From: Lepidodermella squamata
Lineage: Eukaryota; Animalia; Gastrotricha
DNA length: 64,000 nt
Direction of reading: 5' to 3'
Assembly: GCA_047495785.1 (NCBI GenBank)
Contig: JBLDXI010000002.1
Location: 186,001-250,000, forward strand
Program-made: the position numbers and the translations under genes
Notes under the pieces: generated by a model
The model's input: only the letters and a program-made list of their open reading frames with translations
Databases searched by the model: none
Told to the model about the DNA's origin: nothing
Shown: positions 12,339 through 23,414 of the stretch, one piece after another
Numbering within the stretch: the first letter of the stretch is position 1
Layout of the letters: the number at the start of each line of letters is the position of its first letter

Positions 12339-13408
12339 ATGGCAAATCAAGCCTGTATGCGAAGCGATTACAACGAGATGTCCAAATCTCAACGTCAAGT
12401 TCTCGACATCGCCCGACCATTCATCACAACCGGAATCGAAGCCCATAGATCCGAATTGAACTTACCTTTGATCATAGCCGATTTCGGTTGCAGTACTGGA
12501 GCTAACAGTTCAGCTGCAATATCCGAAATTATCGCTGGATTTCGGGATAAATACGGATTCGACGCGACCAAGTCCATTCTGGCGGTTCACGAAGATTTGC
12601 CGCAAAATGACTGGGGCGAATTTTTCAGTTTTGTCGACCGCAACGGCAAGGCTTATACAAAACAGCACAAGGGCGTGCATTGCTTAGCTGCTGGCTTTTC
12701 GTTCTACCAACAAATTCTGCCTGATAACTGTCTTCATTTCGGCTTCTCCAACGTTGCAGTTCATTGGGCGTCGGCGATTCCTTGCAAGCTGAAACAACAC
12801 ATCTACCCAGCTTTGGGCGATGTAGAAGAGAAACGTCTTTGGGCCGAGCAGTCTCGCCTAGATTGGACCACCTTTCTTCAAGCTAGGTCGAAAGAATTAG
12901 TCGCAGGTGGGGTTCTAGTTGTTAACATCGTCACTGAAGGCGATGTTATGCTTCGAATTTACGAAGCTTTGAACAATGCTGTAAAGCGACTTGTCGACTC
13001 GAAATTGATCAGCCAGGACGAATATTTCGATTTTAATATTCAAATGATGCTTCGAAGTCTTGTTGAAGTTACAGATCCGGGGATTCTTAAGCCTCTCGGG
13101 CTTGAAGTTGTCGCCAGTGACAATTGCGTGCCTAGTTGCAGCGTTTTCTATGAAGATTACGAATCCCACGGCGATGTGGCTCGTTTCATAGCGGATTTCG
13201 CGTCGATTCTCGAGGCAGTTTGCGAGCCAGCTTTTCTTGTCGCACTGTCTGCAGCGAGGTCAGATGCGGAGAAGTCCGAACTTAGCGTGAGGTTATGGAA
13301 ACCTACCGCAAAGTACTCTTCGAAACGTATTCCGGTAATTTAGACAAGCTGAGTCAAATGTGGGACAATGCTTTTATTGTTCTACGCAAAATCGGAGGTC
13401 AACTCTGA
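12339..13408 (+). CDS. SAM-dependent carboxyl methyltransferase (SABATH/Methyltransf_7-like), intronless, with an apparent 1-nt frameshift at ~13298
   Basis: Motifs IADFGCSTGANS, EDLPQNDW, SFYQQILP, AVHW, DWTTFLQARSKEL..GG. The shifted frame continues ETYRKVLF...NAFIVLRKIGGQL* (TGA 13406-13408), a family-like C-terminus. Confidence 0.85.
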
Positions 13409-13637
13409 TATCTTCCAATTTAATTGAAAAACTAAGTAAAAATAAAAGAATTGACTGAAAACGCTCGCTCGTCAGCTAATAAAATGCAAATCTGTTTATA
13501 TTAAAAGCCCATAATTTTTTTGAGAATTTTTTTTATTTTTCTTTCTCTACTGAAATTGCGAAGTTTCTATAGAGAGAAAATTTGGGAGCGAGAATTCGAA
13601 AACCCCATATTTTTACCGGATTTTTTTTCTTCCTGTT

Positions 13638-13960
13638 ACCGGAACCAAATTTGCTGTATCGCAAGCAAATATGCTGTAGCGGAACCAAATTTGCTGTTAG
13701 CGGAACCAAATTTCAGAATTTTCTAGTGGCCTGAAATCGCTTTTCGGATATTTATTGCATGTCAAAATTGGCCCCAATAATTCTAGAAAATTCACCAGCG
13801 AATTCAGCGCAACATTCTCTATAAGACGCAGTGTTCAATTCAAAATCCATGCTTAGCCTAAAATTCTTAGAAATATTCAAAAAATTACTCTTGGCATGTT
13901 TCGACTTTGATTCCGCAAAAAGCAAATTTGGTTCCGCTACAGCATATTTGGTTCCGCTAA
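13638..13960. repeat. Foldback/MITE-like element with repeated GGAACCAAAT units in inverted orientation
   Basis: cggaaccaaatt x3 at 13640-13712; atttggttccgc x2 at 13926-13957. Confidence 0.55.
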
Positions 13961-14942
13961 AAGATATTCCCATTTTTATCCCTCACAGTTACGGAGTCGC
14001 TTCCAGTGTCAAGTTGGTCACGTGACCTTACCTCCAGGTGTCACTCCTGAGTGGTTATCTCGAGAACGGTGATAGTTATGAAGCCGCTCTCAAAAGAAAA
14101 TTTCATCAGGGTTGTGAGATCCACCTGGAAATGCATTCTGTTTGGTCACAGGTGATACTTCATGTACTAGAAAACAGGTACCAGCTCATCACCAAGCCGA
14201 CGAGGCTTCTATCCGTTTCCACCAAATTTATAGGATTGCCCAGCGCGGAGGAATATCTTTTAGACACCCAAGGGCTTTAGCCACCCTTTGAATATAGGGT
14301 GATCAGAAAAGCTCCCATTGAGATTTAATTCGCTTGTAAATATTGCGACTCAATTTATTAAGGTAGCAGGAAGCAGTAACACAATTTTCATTTTTCATCA
14401 ATGCAAAATCAATTATTTTATAAAAATAGGATGAAATTCTTCGTTGAAAAGTTGATGAATTTTGAAAAAAAATTCTCGACTTTTTTCCAAGAATTAATGT
14501 TATTTCTATGTATTTTTTGAAAATTTCTATTTTTTCTTATGGACTCAACGATGAGTATTTTCAACGCATAGGTAAATGTCCTTAATGAACTCAATTATTT
14601 TAGCTTTACAGTCTATTTCGCGCATCGCGCATCCACAAACAAAAAATGCCTGAATACAATGCATGTTATACATATGTCACATCTCAGATTTTTTTCGCCG
14701 CAATGAAATATTATGCGAAATTTTTTGAAAAGTTCAACAGTGTGAGTTATTAGGCTCGAATAAACATGTTTACAGCTCACAATGCTCGCAGGCAGGTATG
14801 ATAGCCCCTTGAAACATCCTATTAGCGAAAAAGCTGTCATCACAAAGAATTTTAAAATTACCTGCAAATTTTCAGACAATTTTCTTTAATTTTTCAAATA
14901 TTGGAAAATCGGAAAATATTATAACGGATTTTTTTTCTAGGG

Positions 14943-15515
14943 ATGAGATCAACGAAATATATTTTTTATTGGCTAGTAATAAAATCGGCGTCACTTCTCG
15001 AGCCCATCTCAGGCCTATCATGCTGCACATGCGTCGACCAGCCTGGTGCGCTGTGTAATAACGCGACCTTTGTGACCCTCCACGCGCACTCGTGTCCCAA
15101 AAAATTCACAAAATACTGCGTGACCTTCGCAACACTACCGCCCGATATGGCTATCAATCAACTTGAAAATCAGTCGATTGCGCACTCAAATCTACGGCCT
15201 AGTGATGAGCGATTATTGGGTCACCAAAATGTCCTTCAATTTGAATATGGGTGTTCAAATAAATGCCCGTTTATTGCGGATCATTTGCGGAGTACGCATT
15301 TCGTCGACTGCTGCGATACAGATAACTGCAACTGCCCGAGGGTAGTATCATCGAAAAAGGTCGAAATTCAACCGCAATCTGAAAAATTAGAGCCGCCTCA
15401 GCCGAGCAAATCTAATACGGCGGCGAAAAATTCAATTTTAACAAGATATAAATTAGTTTGTTTAATTTTAGTTGATTTATTACTTTTTTATCTTGAAATA
15501 AAATTATTTAATTGA
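14943..15515 (+). CDS. Ly6/uPAR (three-finger, quiver-like) protein, probably GPI-anchored
   Basis: Signal peptide, LSCCTC...C...SC...YC...YGCS.KC...CCDTDNCN, Ser/Pro stalk, hydrophobic C-terminus. Confidence 0.82.
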   Translation: MRSTKYIFYWLVIKSASLLEPISGLSCCTCVDQPGALCNNATFVTLHAHSCPKKFTKYCVTFATLPPDMAINQLENQSIAHSNLRPSDERLLGHQNVLQFEYGCSNKCPFIADHLRSTHFVDCCDTDNCNCPRVVSSKKVEIQPQSEKLEPPQPSKSNTAAKNSILTRYKLVCLILVDLLLFYLEIKLFN

Positions 15516-15673
15516 CTTTTTCAAAGCGTTTATCACTGACCTCAATGTCCCGAAATTACGTCACAGATATAGCTTTATTATTCGCCATTCTTCCGGGGCT
15601 TGAAAAGGGACCAGATAAACATTCTTCAATAAATTTTGTTTGTCTTTCAATACAATCTTCAAAAATACTGTTG

Positions 15674-17540
15674 TCAACACGAAGCCGAAATGCCAGCCTC
15701 CAAGCACTGGTTCAGCGTTAGGAAACCAATCGAATAGCCAGCTTCATTGACGACGAAAATGCCAGGCAGATGGCGCTGATTCATCTTAGAAACAGCCGTT
15801 GAAACTTGACAATGCTCCGTGACTGAAATGTCCTCGACGTTCATGGTGAAACGGGTTGAATTTAGCAGCTTCAGCTCGTCCAGTAGGTCGCCTACCGATG
15901 TGTTTGTTGGCAGTTTTTCGAGCATGGCAAAACCGACTGCACTGTCGGTTAGAACTTCGAGTAAACGGCCGCAATCGTCGATGATTCCGACCATTCCGAG
16001 AGCTCCGCAAAGTAAGACAGTTAACGCCTCGCTTTAACAAAAATTGAAATTGAAATTATTTTTCAAAAAATGGAGAAAATTGAAAAATTGAAATTTTATA
16101 TAAAAATTCAAACTTTTTATAAAATTTCTGGAAAATGAGAAAATATCTTCAAATTTCTGAAAAGTTAAAGCTTCAAAAATCAAAAAATTTGTAATTAATT
16201 AAATTATGAAAATCAGAGAAAATTATAAAATTTGGAAACAGGATATTTCGATAAAATGGGACATTTTTCGCAAAAAATTTCAAGAAAAATTCTTGAAAAC
16301 ATAGTTTTAAAATAATACTCAATGCTTCTATTTTACCAGAATGGCGCCGAACGGAAAAGCATGGGAGCCATTTTTGTGTTCTCGTTTTTAAGCAGAATTT
16401 CACGAACTGATAGCGCCCGTCGGCCAATATTGCCGCCAGGGTGATTCGAGCGGAAATCCTCACCGGTGAAACGACGTCGTTTCATCATGTACATGGCTAA
16501 GGCATCACCAAGGGCCAGCATACACGTCGATGACGTAGTCGGAGCAAGACCGTGAGGACAGGCCTCGGGCATGTCAGGAATCATCAGCTGGTTAAATGAA
16601 AAAAATTGAATAGAAGCTCGGAGATTTTTTCGGAAATTTTTAGAATCAAATCCAGTTTTTATTTTAAAATTCAGGCAAAATTTAAAAATTAATTAATTAA
16701 AATTTTGAATTTAGAATCTGTGAATCCAAATTATCGAATTATCATTTGAGTATAGAATTTTTGAATTTTGTTCAATTTTTGAATTTAATTAAAAAAATCA
16801 ATTTTAATATAAATTTAAAAAAATAATTTTCGTAATTGCTAAATTTCCTAATTTTTTTCAAATTAAAATATCAATTATTTTCAGGTCAATTTTTAGGCCA
16901 GGATAATTACCGCGATATTAGCATCTTGAGCCAATTTACTGCGCGACTTTGCCGTAATAGCAATCAGCGGAATCTCCAACCGATGGCACCTAATAATAGT
17001 CTGCAGCATCTCCGGAACATCGCCCGATCGACTCAGCATAATAACCGCATCGCCTCGATTAATCGCGCCCAACTCGCCGTGGTTGAAATCACCTGGGTGC
17101 AGGAAAAACGCCGGTGACCCAGTTGACGCTAGGGTGGACGCAATTTTTCGCCCGATGTGGCCCGATTTTCCAAGCCCAGTGATAATAATTCGCCCGGGGA
17201 TCGCGAGTAGGACCGAGGCAGCTCGGCAGAATGATTCATTGACAACCCCGGCTAATTTTTCAAGCCCGCGAGCTTCTTCTAAAATCACTCGTTGCGCCTC
17301 ACCTATCGCGTCGGTGATGACGTCACCCGTCACGTCGCAGTTGACAAAATCAGCGGCTAAATTGTGGAGGGAGCTTGTCAGGGTGTGGCGCTGGTCATCT
17401 TCACTCAACAGCTTCTTCTTAGCATTGATTGGCATTGTTAGGTTGGAAACTTGGTGGGTTGAAGATTTAGCACCTAGTGGAGTATCCAAGACATGGCGCC
17501 TCGGTGGTGTAGGTGTCGAGACTGAATTTAGAGAAGCCAT
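15674..17540 (-). CDS. KdsD/KpsF/GutQ-family arabinose-5-phosphate isomerase homologue (SIS + CBS domains), 412 aa; exons 17540-16911, 16587-16337, 16031-15674
   Basis: GLGKSGHIGRKIASTLASTGSPAFFLHP, HGELG, SRSG, EACPHGLAPTTSST, HPGG and CBS-like GIIDDCGRLLEVLTD. Two AT-rich GT-AG introns (phase 0 and 2) restore one frame. Confidence 0.92.
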
Positions 17541-17712
17541 CTAGCCTTAAGTTCCACACAGGAGAAAGGAAGGAATGACAATTTGTTGTTTTTCTCTAAC
17601 AAAAATAATGAATGAGTGAATTTTTGAGTTCAGGGCCGCTTGTGCGATTTATTGAAACGCGTGCTTGCAAAATTCAAATTTGTCAATAAGAAAAAAAACA
17701 TGAGCTGAAAAA

Positions 17713-18000
17713 ATGAAAATAAATCCGGCTTACGTCGCCGCCAGAGATGCGCTTCGCGAACAAATTCGCCAACGTATTGCTGAGATCACTCACACTCACC
17801 AACCGACACGTCAAGCACCGCCGCCGAAATTCAACCAATGGTCTCGAGGTCAACCCAAGATCAAAGGAGAACTGAACATGAACGACTTGGTAGACCAGGT
17901 TTGCCCGATTGTAATTGAACAGGTCGAGAGGAATTTTAGCAAAATGTTACATGATAATAATCAACAGCTCATCGCTCTTCTCAAACAAAATAGATGGTAG
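17713..18000 (+). CDS. C-terminal remnant of LINE ORF1
   Basis: Its stop codon overlaps the ORF2 ATG (aatagATGgTAG); assigned by position only. Confidence 0.5.
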   Translation: MKINPAYVAARDALREQIRQRIAEITHTHQPTRQAPPPKFNQWSRGQPKIKGELNMNDLVDQVCPIVIEQVERNFSKMLHDNNQQLIALLKQNRW

Positions 18001-20892
18001 TAATTATTCAATGGAATTCTCGAGGCCTGAAAAGCCGAAAAGTAGAGCTTATCAAATTAGCTAAAGACCTCAATGCAGACATAATTTTAATTAATGAAAC
18101 GCATTTCAGCAGGAAAACAGTTTTTGAAATCCCAGGATATGAACTTTTTAGGAAAGACCGCGAAAACCAGGTAAGCCACGACTCTACTACCTATGGTGGC
18201 GTTGCAATCTTTGTAAAAAATAATATATCTATAACCAAAGAATTTTACGAATTTAGCACCTCCCACAGCGAGTGGTTAGCTATAACAGTTGTAAATAAAT
18301 CCGGTCATAAATTAATAATAGGCACCGGTTATACATCACCAGGTAAAAAAGAGTTGGATGTGTCATTTCTTGATCAAATTTTATCCAGCGATACCCCATG
18401 TTTATTTGCTGGAGACATGAACGCGTGGCATTCCGACCTACTCACAGGCCCGCCGCCGTCCAACACATATGGCCGAATCTTATCAGAATTTTTCAATTCC
18501 TCGAATGTCACTCTTCTCAGCGATGGGACGCCTACTCACTTTTCCCCCAGCGGCGTGGGGCGGCAGATTGATATATGGATCAGCAACGAAGCGGCACGAT
18601 CTTCAATTATAGGTACACCGACGGTAGAAGATTTCTACGGGAGCGACCACACTGCAACTTGCCTCAAAGTCAAATTCTCTGCGTGCACTTCCCCGCCGAA
18701 ATCAGATGTCGAAGCGCCCCGGATAAACTTCAAAAGCAATGAACTGGTCTCGATTCCGAAGCAGTCTTGATCAGTGTCTTGATGAACGCACAGAAGCCGT
18801 CAAGCCGAAAGTAGGCGACGAAATCAGCTCGATCAAAAATTACATCACAGAAATCTCAAGTACAGTTCAGTCTGTCACGGATGCGGTCGCGCCGAAGTGT
18901 CCTGCAAACAAGTTGCCGACCTTCAACATGAACAAGGAGATAGGAGATCTTCTGGATCAGCGAAATCAGCTACAACGTCTGCATGCTGAAACAAACGCGC
19001 CCGAAGTGAAAAGAGAGGTGAATCGCTTGAACCGCGATATCAAAAAGCTCATTGGACAGGAAGAGGCTCGCGAATGTGAACGGAATCTAAAGCTGATGGC
19101 TAAACGGTTTCGAGAAGAACAGCAGCAAAGTCAAGAGGCGTGGCGAATGTTGGCTGCTAGGTTTAATCGTCTCAAACGCAGCAAACGACTTGGTACCCTG
19201 GTTGATCAAAAGACGGGGCTTGTAGCCACTGACGACAAGGCAAAAGCACAACTGATCGCGGCAATCTTCAGCAAAGTTGTAAGTGGAGCACCAGCCTCTT
19301 CAAAACGCCCAGAGGACACTGCGTTCTGGCAGCAGGTAGAGAGTGCGGTTGCATCTAACTCGTCAATAAAACCACTGGAAAGAATCCCCGAAGTGCTACC
19401 AATAAAAATTTCCCGCTTCACAATGAGGCTGTTCATTCGTCGGCTTAAAAACAAAGCGCCTGGTAACGACAATATTCTCAACGCTGTCATAAAAAATGGC
19501 GGTCCAGGACTCCGTAGTCACCTGAAGTACGCGTTTGAATTGTGCCTTGCTACAGGCTATATACCGGCAGAATGGAAACTGGCGATCGTCGTGCCGATCC
19601 TGAAGGAGGGAAAGGATAGCAGGCTCCCGGAATCATACCGCCCGGTGTCACTGTTGCCAGCCTTCGCGAAGCTACTAGAGTCACTGGTAGCCATGATGCT
19701 ACAAAATTTCCTGGAAGCTCAGAGCCTGCTACCCGAGCATCAGTATGGATTTCGAAGACTCCGAGGCGCTGTCGACCCACTTTTTCGCCTGATTAGCGAT
19801 GCAGCCCTCGCCATGGCCCATCACAGCAAGCTCGTGGCTGTGTTCTTGGACTTCAAGGCCGCCTTCGATACGGTCTGGCACGCAGGGCTTATACAAAAAC
19901 TGATCGATTCTGGAGCCCCGGAGCCTTTGGTGCGATGGACAGCGAACTTCCTAGACGACCGATCGTTTCAGGTCCGAGTTAGAGACGAGCTCAGCGAATC
20001 AAGAAAAATCGGCTGCGGTGTGCCACAAGGTAGCCCGTTGAGTCCGCTGCTGTTCATATTTTACTGCGCGGATATGCAGCCTCCGGAGTCAAACCCTGAC
20101 GACGGGAGAAAAGCGGTCGCCGCCGGGACCTACGCAGACGACGCTGCAAACTGGGCATGGGGCCCGCATTACGAGCAGTGCGTTGTAAGGCTACAAGCCC
20201 GCCTCCGATCCACCGAAGCGTGGTGCGCGAAATGGCGTCTAGAACTTAATCCGGCGAAATGCGAAAGCATTCTAATCGGCCACACTGGCGCTTCGTCCCC
20301 GTCGGTTCTTCTCTCCATTGCTGGTCAACGAATCCCTCAAGTCAACGAAGTAAAATACCTAGGAATCACGATCACGGCGAAATTGTCGTGGGAACGCCAC
20401 CTCGACCGTCTGTCTGCGAAGACGAAACCGCGAGCTGCCTGCCTCAGAGGAATAGCTTGTAGGCGCATTGTCCCCAGCGATCTTTGCATCATGTTCAGCC
20501 GAGTCCTCATCGACAGCGTGCTCACATATGGATCTCCAGCCTGGTACTGTCTGCCAAAAACCTCCGAACTGCGCCTTTTCAACTTTCAAGCACACGGGTT
20601 AAGAGCAGCAATGGATCTGCCATTTGAGTGCGATTCCTTCGGAGTCGTCGTCGAAGCGAAGGCGGCAGCAATCAGCGACGTCTTTGAGAAGCAACTGGAG
20701 CGCTATGGCGAACGCTGTCTCACCGCGGACAATGGCATGAAAGAGTACTTGCAGTATATCGCCAGTCAGCAGCCTGATGCCTTCGGCAAGCGGATGCTCG
20801 ACCTACACTGTCCAGCCTGGCACCTACGCCGCAATGTCGCCCCCTCAATGGCGCAAAATAAGAGAATCACAGATTTCTTCAACCCTCGATAG
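17994..20892 (+). pseudogene. LINE ORF2 (AP endonuclease + reverse transcriptase) with a single +1 frameshift at ~18733
   Basis: QWNSRGL, LINETH, AGDMNA, GSDH (APE); KAPGND, YRPVSLL, QYGFR, FLDFKAAFDTV, GVPQGSPLSP, YADD, KYLG (RT). Removing one A in caaaagc gives RINFKAMNW. Confidence 0.92.
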
Positions 20893-21940
20893 CCTTTACT
20901 GCCTTGTTTTATTGTTGCGTTCCCTTGTTGAGCCTTTAGGTCCTTGGAGCCCCTGTGCACGAGCCCTAAGCCTTCCCGAACCTGGAACGTAAGTCACGTT
21001 AAATGAGCCTCTGTAATTTCTTGTTCCAGAGCCTGAGCCTGAGCCTGACATCTAACACCGGATTCTTGAGCCTGAGCCCTGAGCCTTTGAGCCTTTAGCC
21101 CTATGAAGAGCCTGATGTGATATGGGTGTATATATGCATCGTAAGCCGTTTTCAAATGAGTTAACCCCTGCCTTCGATCTTTTCAGAAAATCCGCCCTGA
21201 GCCCTAGCCACTATAGCCCTGAAATGAGCCTTTCAACTTGCCCGTCAAAGCCGCGAAGGTCGACCAACGAATCAACAATTTTCTACTTTTCTATTCAAAC
21301 CAATATAAAAAACCGGCAAGAAAAAAAAAAAATATATATATATAAACAATAACAACTATAAAAAACTCCTATGATCGAGATACATGCGTGTTCGACTAGA
21401 GCCCTGATTAGCATGGGGGCAAGTTATTTCTGTAATCTTTCTAACTCATGTGCCTATAGCGTCGAAAGGCGGAGGGCCTATAATAATAAAAACTACAACA
21501 TGCTAATTGTAAACATTCTGGAGTTTTAGTCACTTGAATTAACGATTTGTAGATAGGTTAATCGGGAATCTGCCACTTCGAAAAAAATCAACTTTTGTTG
21601 TGAAAATTCGATAAAGAAAATTTCTGATGATTATTCTTCGAATCTAAAGTATTTTCCAGGCATTTTAACCTGATTTGCAACCATCTTAACAATTTATTCT
21701 CATTTTTATTCCTGAGATCTTTCAAAAACCACTAGCTAACCTGCAATGCTACATCATCGGATGTTTTTTTAGCTCTTGTGTGGATTTTTTGTATCATTCA
21801 AGTTTTACTTTTTTGCTCCAGCTGCCAGGAAAATAATTGAAATTCGAGCGGACAATTCATGTCTAGGGCTGCACTTACATATCGGTTTTTTCTCACACTC
21901 GAAATACCATAACACCATCGCCAAAGAGCAGTTACCTCGG

Positions 21941-21964
21941 TCTTATCAATGTGGGGAAATCACC
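21941..21964 (+). promoter_or_regulatory. GATA + kappaB-like motif pair upstream of GH16 copy 1 (conserved at 27350-27371 upstream of copy 2)
   Basis: tcttatcaatgtggggaaatcacc vs tcttatcagcgtgggaaatacc, 110-120 nt before each ATG in otherwise diverged flanks. Confidence 0.5.
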
Positions 21965-22052
21965 ATCTGCTGATAGTGCTTAGCACATTTATTTCCCACC
22001 ATTAACAGGTTATAAGGACTATTCATCTCATTGTATTCCCATCATTTCTACA

Positions 22053-22811
22053 ATGTTTCGGCAATCAATTTTCCTGCTAGCTCTAGCGCCAGTTGCGCTA
22101 TCGCTCAAATACACCTTAATCTTCAGCGATGAGTTCAACAACGGCAATACAGTAGACACGTCTAAATGGAACCTTATTGACAAGCCCAGCGAGGTCAACG
22201 GCGAGTTGCAATGGTACTCGAACGAAGACATCTTCCAGGAGAACGATTTCCTATTCCTACGAAGCCGCAAACGCTTCGTCTCAGGATGGGGGACAACCCG
22301 CGATTACAGCTCTGGAATGGTCGATACCAAGGACAAGTTCAGTTTCTTGTACGGCGAGGTTGAATGGCGTGCCAAGTTGCCGAAGGGTTCAGGTCTGTGG
22401 CCTGCTCTATGGCTGGTTCACTACAGCTGCCAGGCCAGTACGCCCTGCGCAGTCTGGCCCCCAGAAATCGACGTAATCGAAGCTCGTGGCGATCTACCCA
22501 ATAAGGTAACGCACGCTGTTCACTTCGGACGTTGGCCCCACAACGACTACCGCACGACTGAATTCTGGGGCCCCGACTTCACGGCTGATTTCCATAACTT
22601 CAAGGTGATCTGGGATCCCAGCCAAGTTTCGTTCTTCGTCGATGGCAAGGAGACGTTTAAGGTCACGGATCCAACGCAGATTCCTCACGAGCCGATGCAT
22701 TTGATCATGAATGTTGCTGTTGGAGGTTTCTACCCGGGCAATCCTGATGGTTCGACCCCGTTCCCAACTCACATGGCCATCGATTGGGTTCGCGTTCACA
22801 AATGGCAGTGA
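22053..22811 (+). CDS. Secreted GH16 beta-1,3-glucanase (laminarinase-like), intronless
   Basis: Signal peptide, FSDEF, GLWPALW, catalytic EIDVIE, NVAVGG..PGNPD.STPFP..M.IDWVRV. Confidence 0.95.
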   Translation: MFRQSIFLLALAPVALSLKYTLIFSDEFNNGNTVDTSKWNLIDKPSEVNGELQWYSNEDIFQENDFLFLRSRKRFVSGWGTTRDYSSGMVDTKDKFSFLYGEVEWRAKLPKGSGLWPALWLVHYSCQASTPCAVWPPEIDVIEARGDLPNKVTHAVHFGRWPHNDYRTTEFWGPDFTADFHNFKVIWDPSQVSFFVDGKETFKVTDPTQIPHEPMHLIMNVAVGGFYPGNPDGSTPFPTHMAIDWVRVHKWQ

Positions 22812-23414
22812 TTGACAGATTTAAAAAGAGAATTTTCAAATTATGAAAATAAACACTGATTATAATTTGCTGGGATGACTTTTTTAACTCTTGAATTTAA
22901 AAGCAGCACATATTGGCTGACACAGTTCATTGAAATATATATTCGGTACCCTTGGAACAGACACCGAAACAGGATAACCCATTAAATGGAGAATTGACGC
23001 ATGCATTCCCAATACAAAGGCCCAATAAGGAATAGAATGATATATTCTCTATGGCCAAGGCCTTTACTTTAAATAGGCCAAGGGAACCTAATGAGAAACC
23101 TAATGAGAAAAAAGTTGAGAAAATCCTACAGAATTAGCGGGTCAAAGGAATCGACTTTGTCTCATGAAGATAAACTTTAACTTGGTTACCATTTCTTATT
23201 TCCTCATTATTCATCAATATGTCCTAAGCAGGCTACAGGCTACTTGATTGTTCAACGTATAAAAACACATAAACATTATTAGAAAACACAATTGATGATA
23301 AGTAAGTAGTAGTAACATTGAAGCTGAATGAACGGCAATGCACTTCAAGTCAAATGCCTATTGTTTACTTTGTAAAATAGTTCAAGCGTAGTTTTTGAAA
23401 CTTAGTATGTAAAA

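Larger units (their letters stand above)
17703..21500 (+). mobile_element. 5'-truncated non-LTR retrotransposon (APE-RT LINE, Jockey/I-like)
   Basis: ORF1 remnant overlapping the ORF2 start; 3' UTR with GAGCCT repeats and a (TAA)n/A-rich end; possible short TSD aacatg. Confidence 0.9.
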
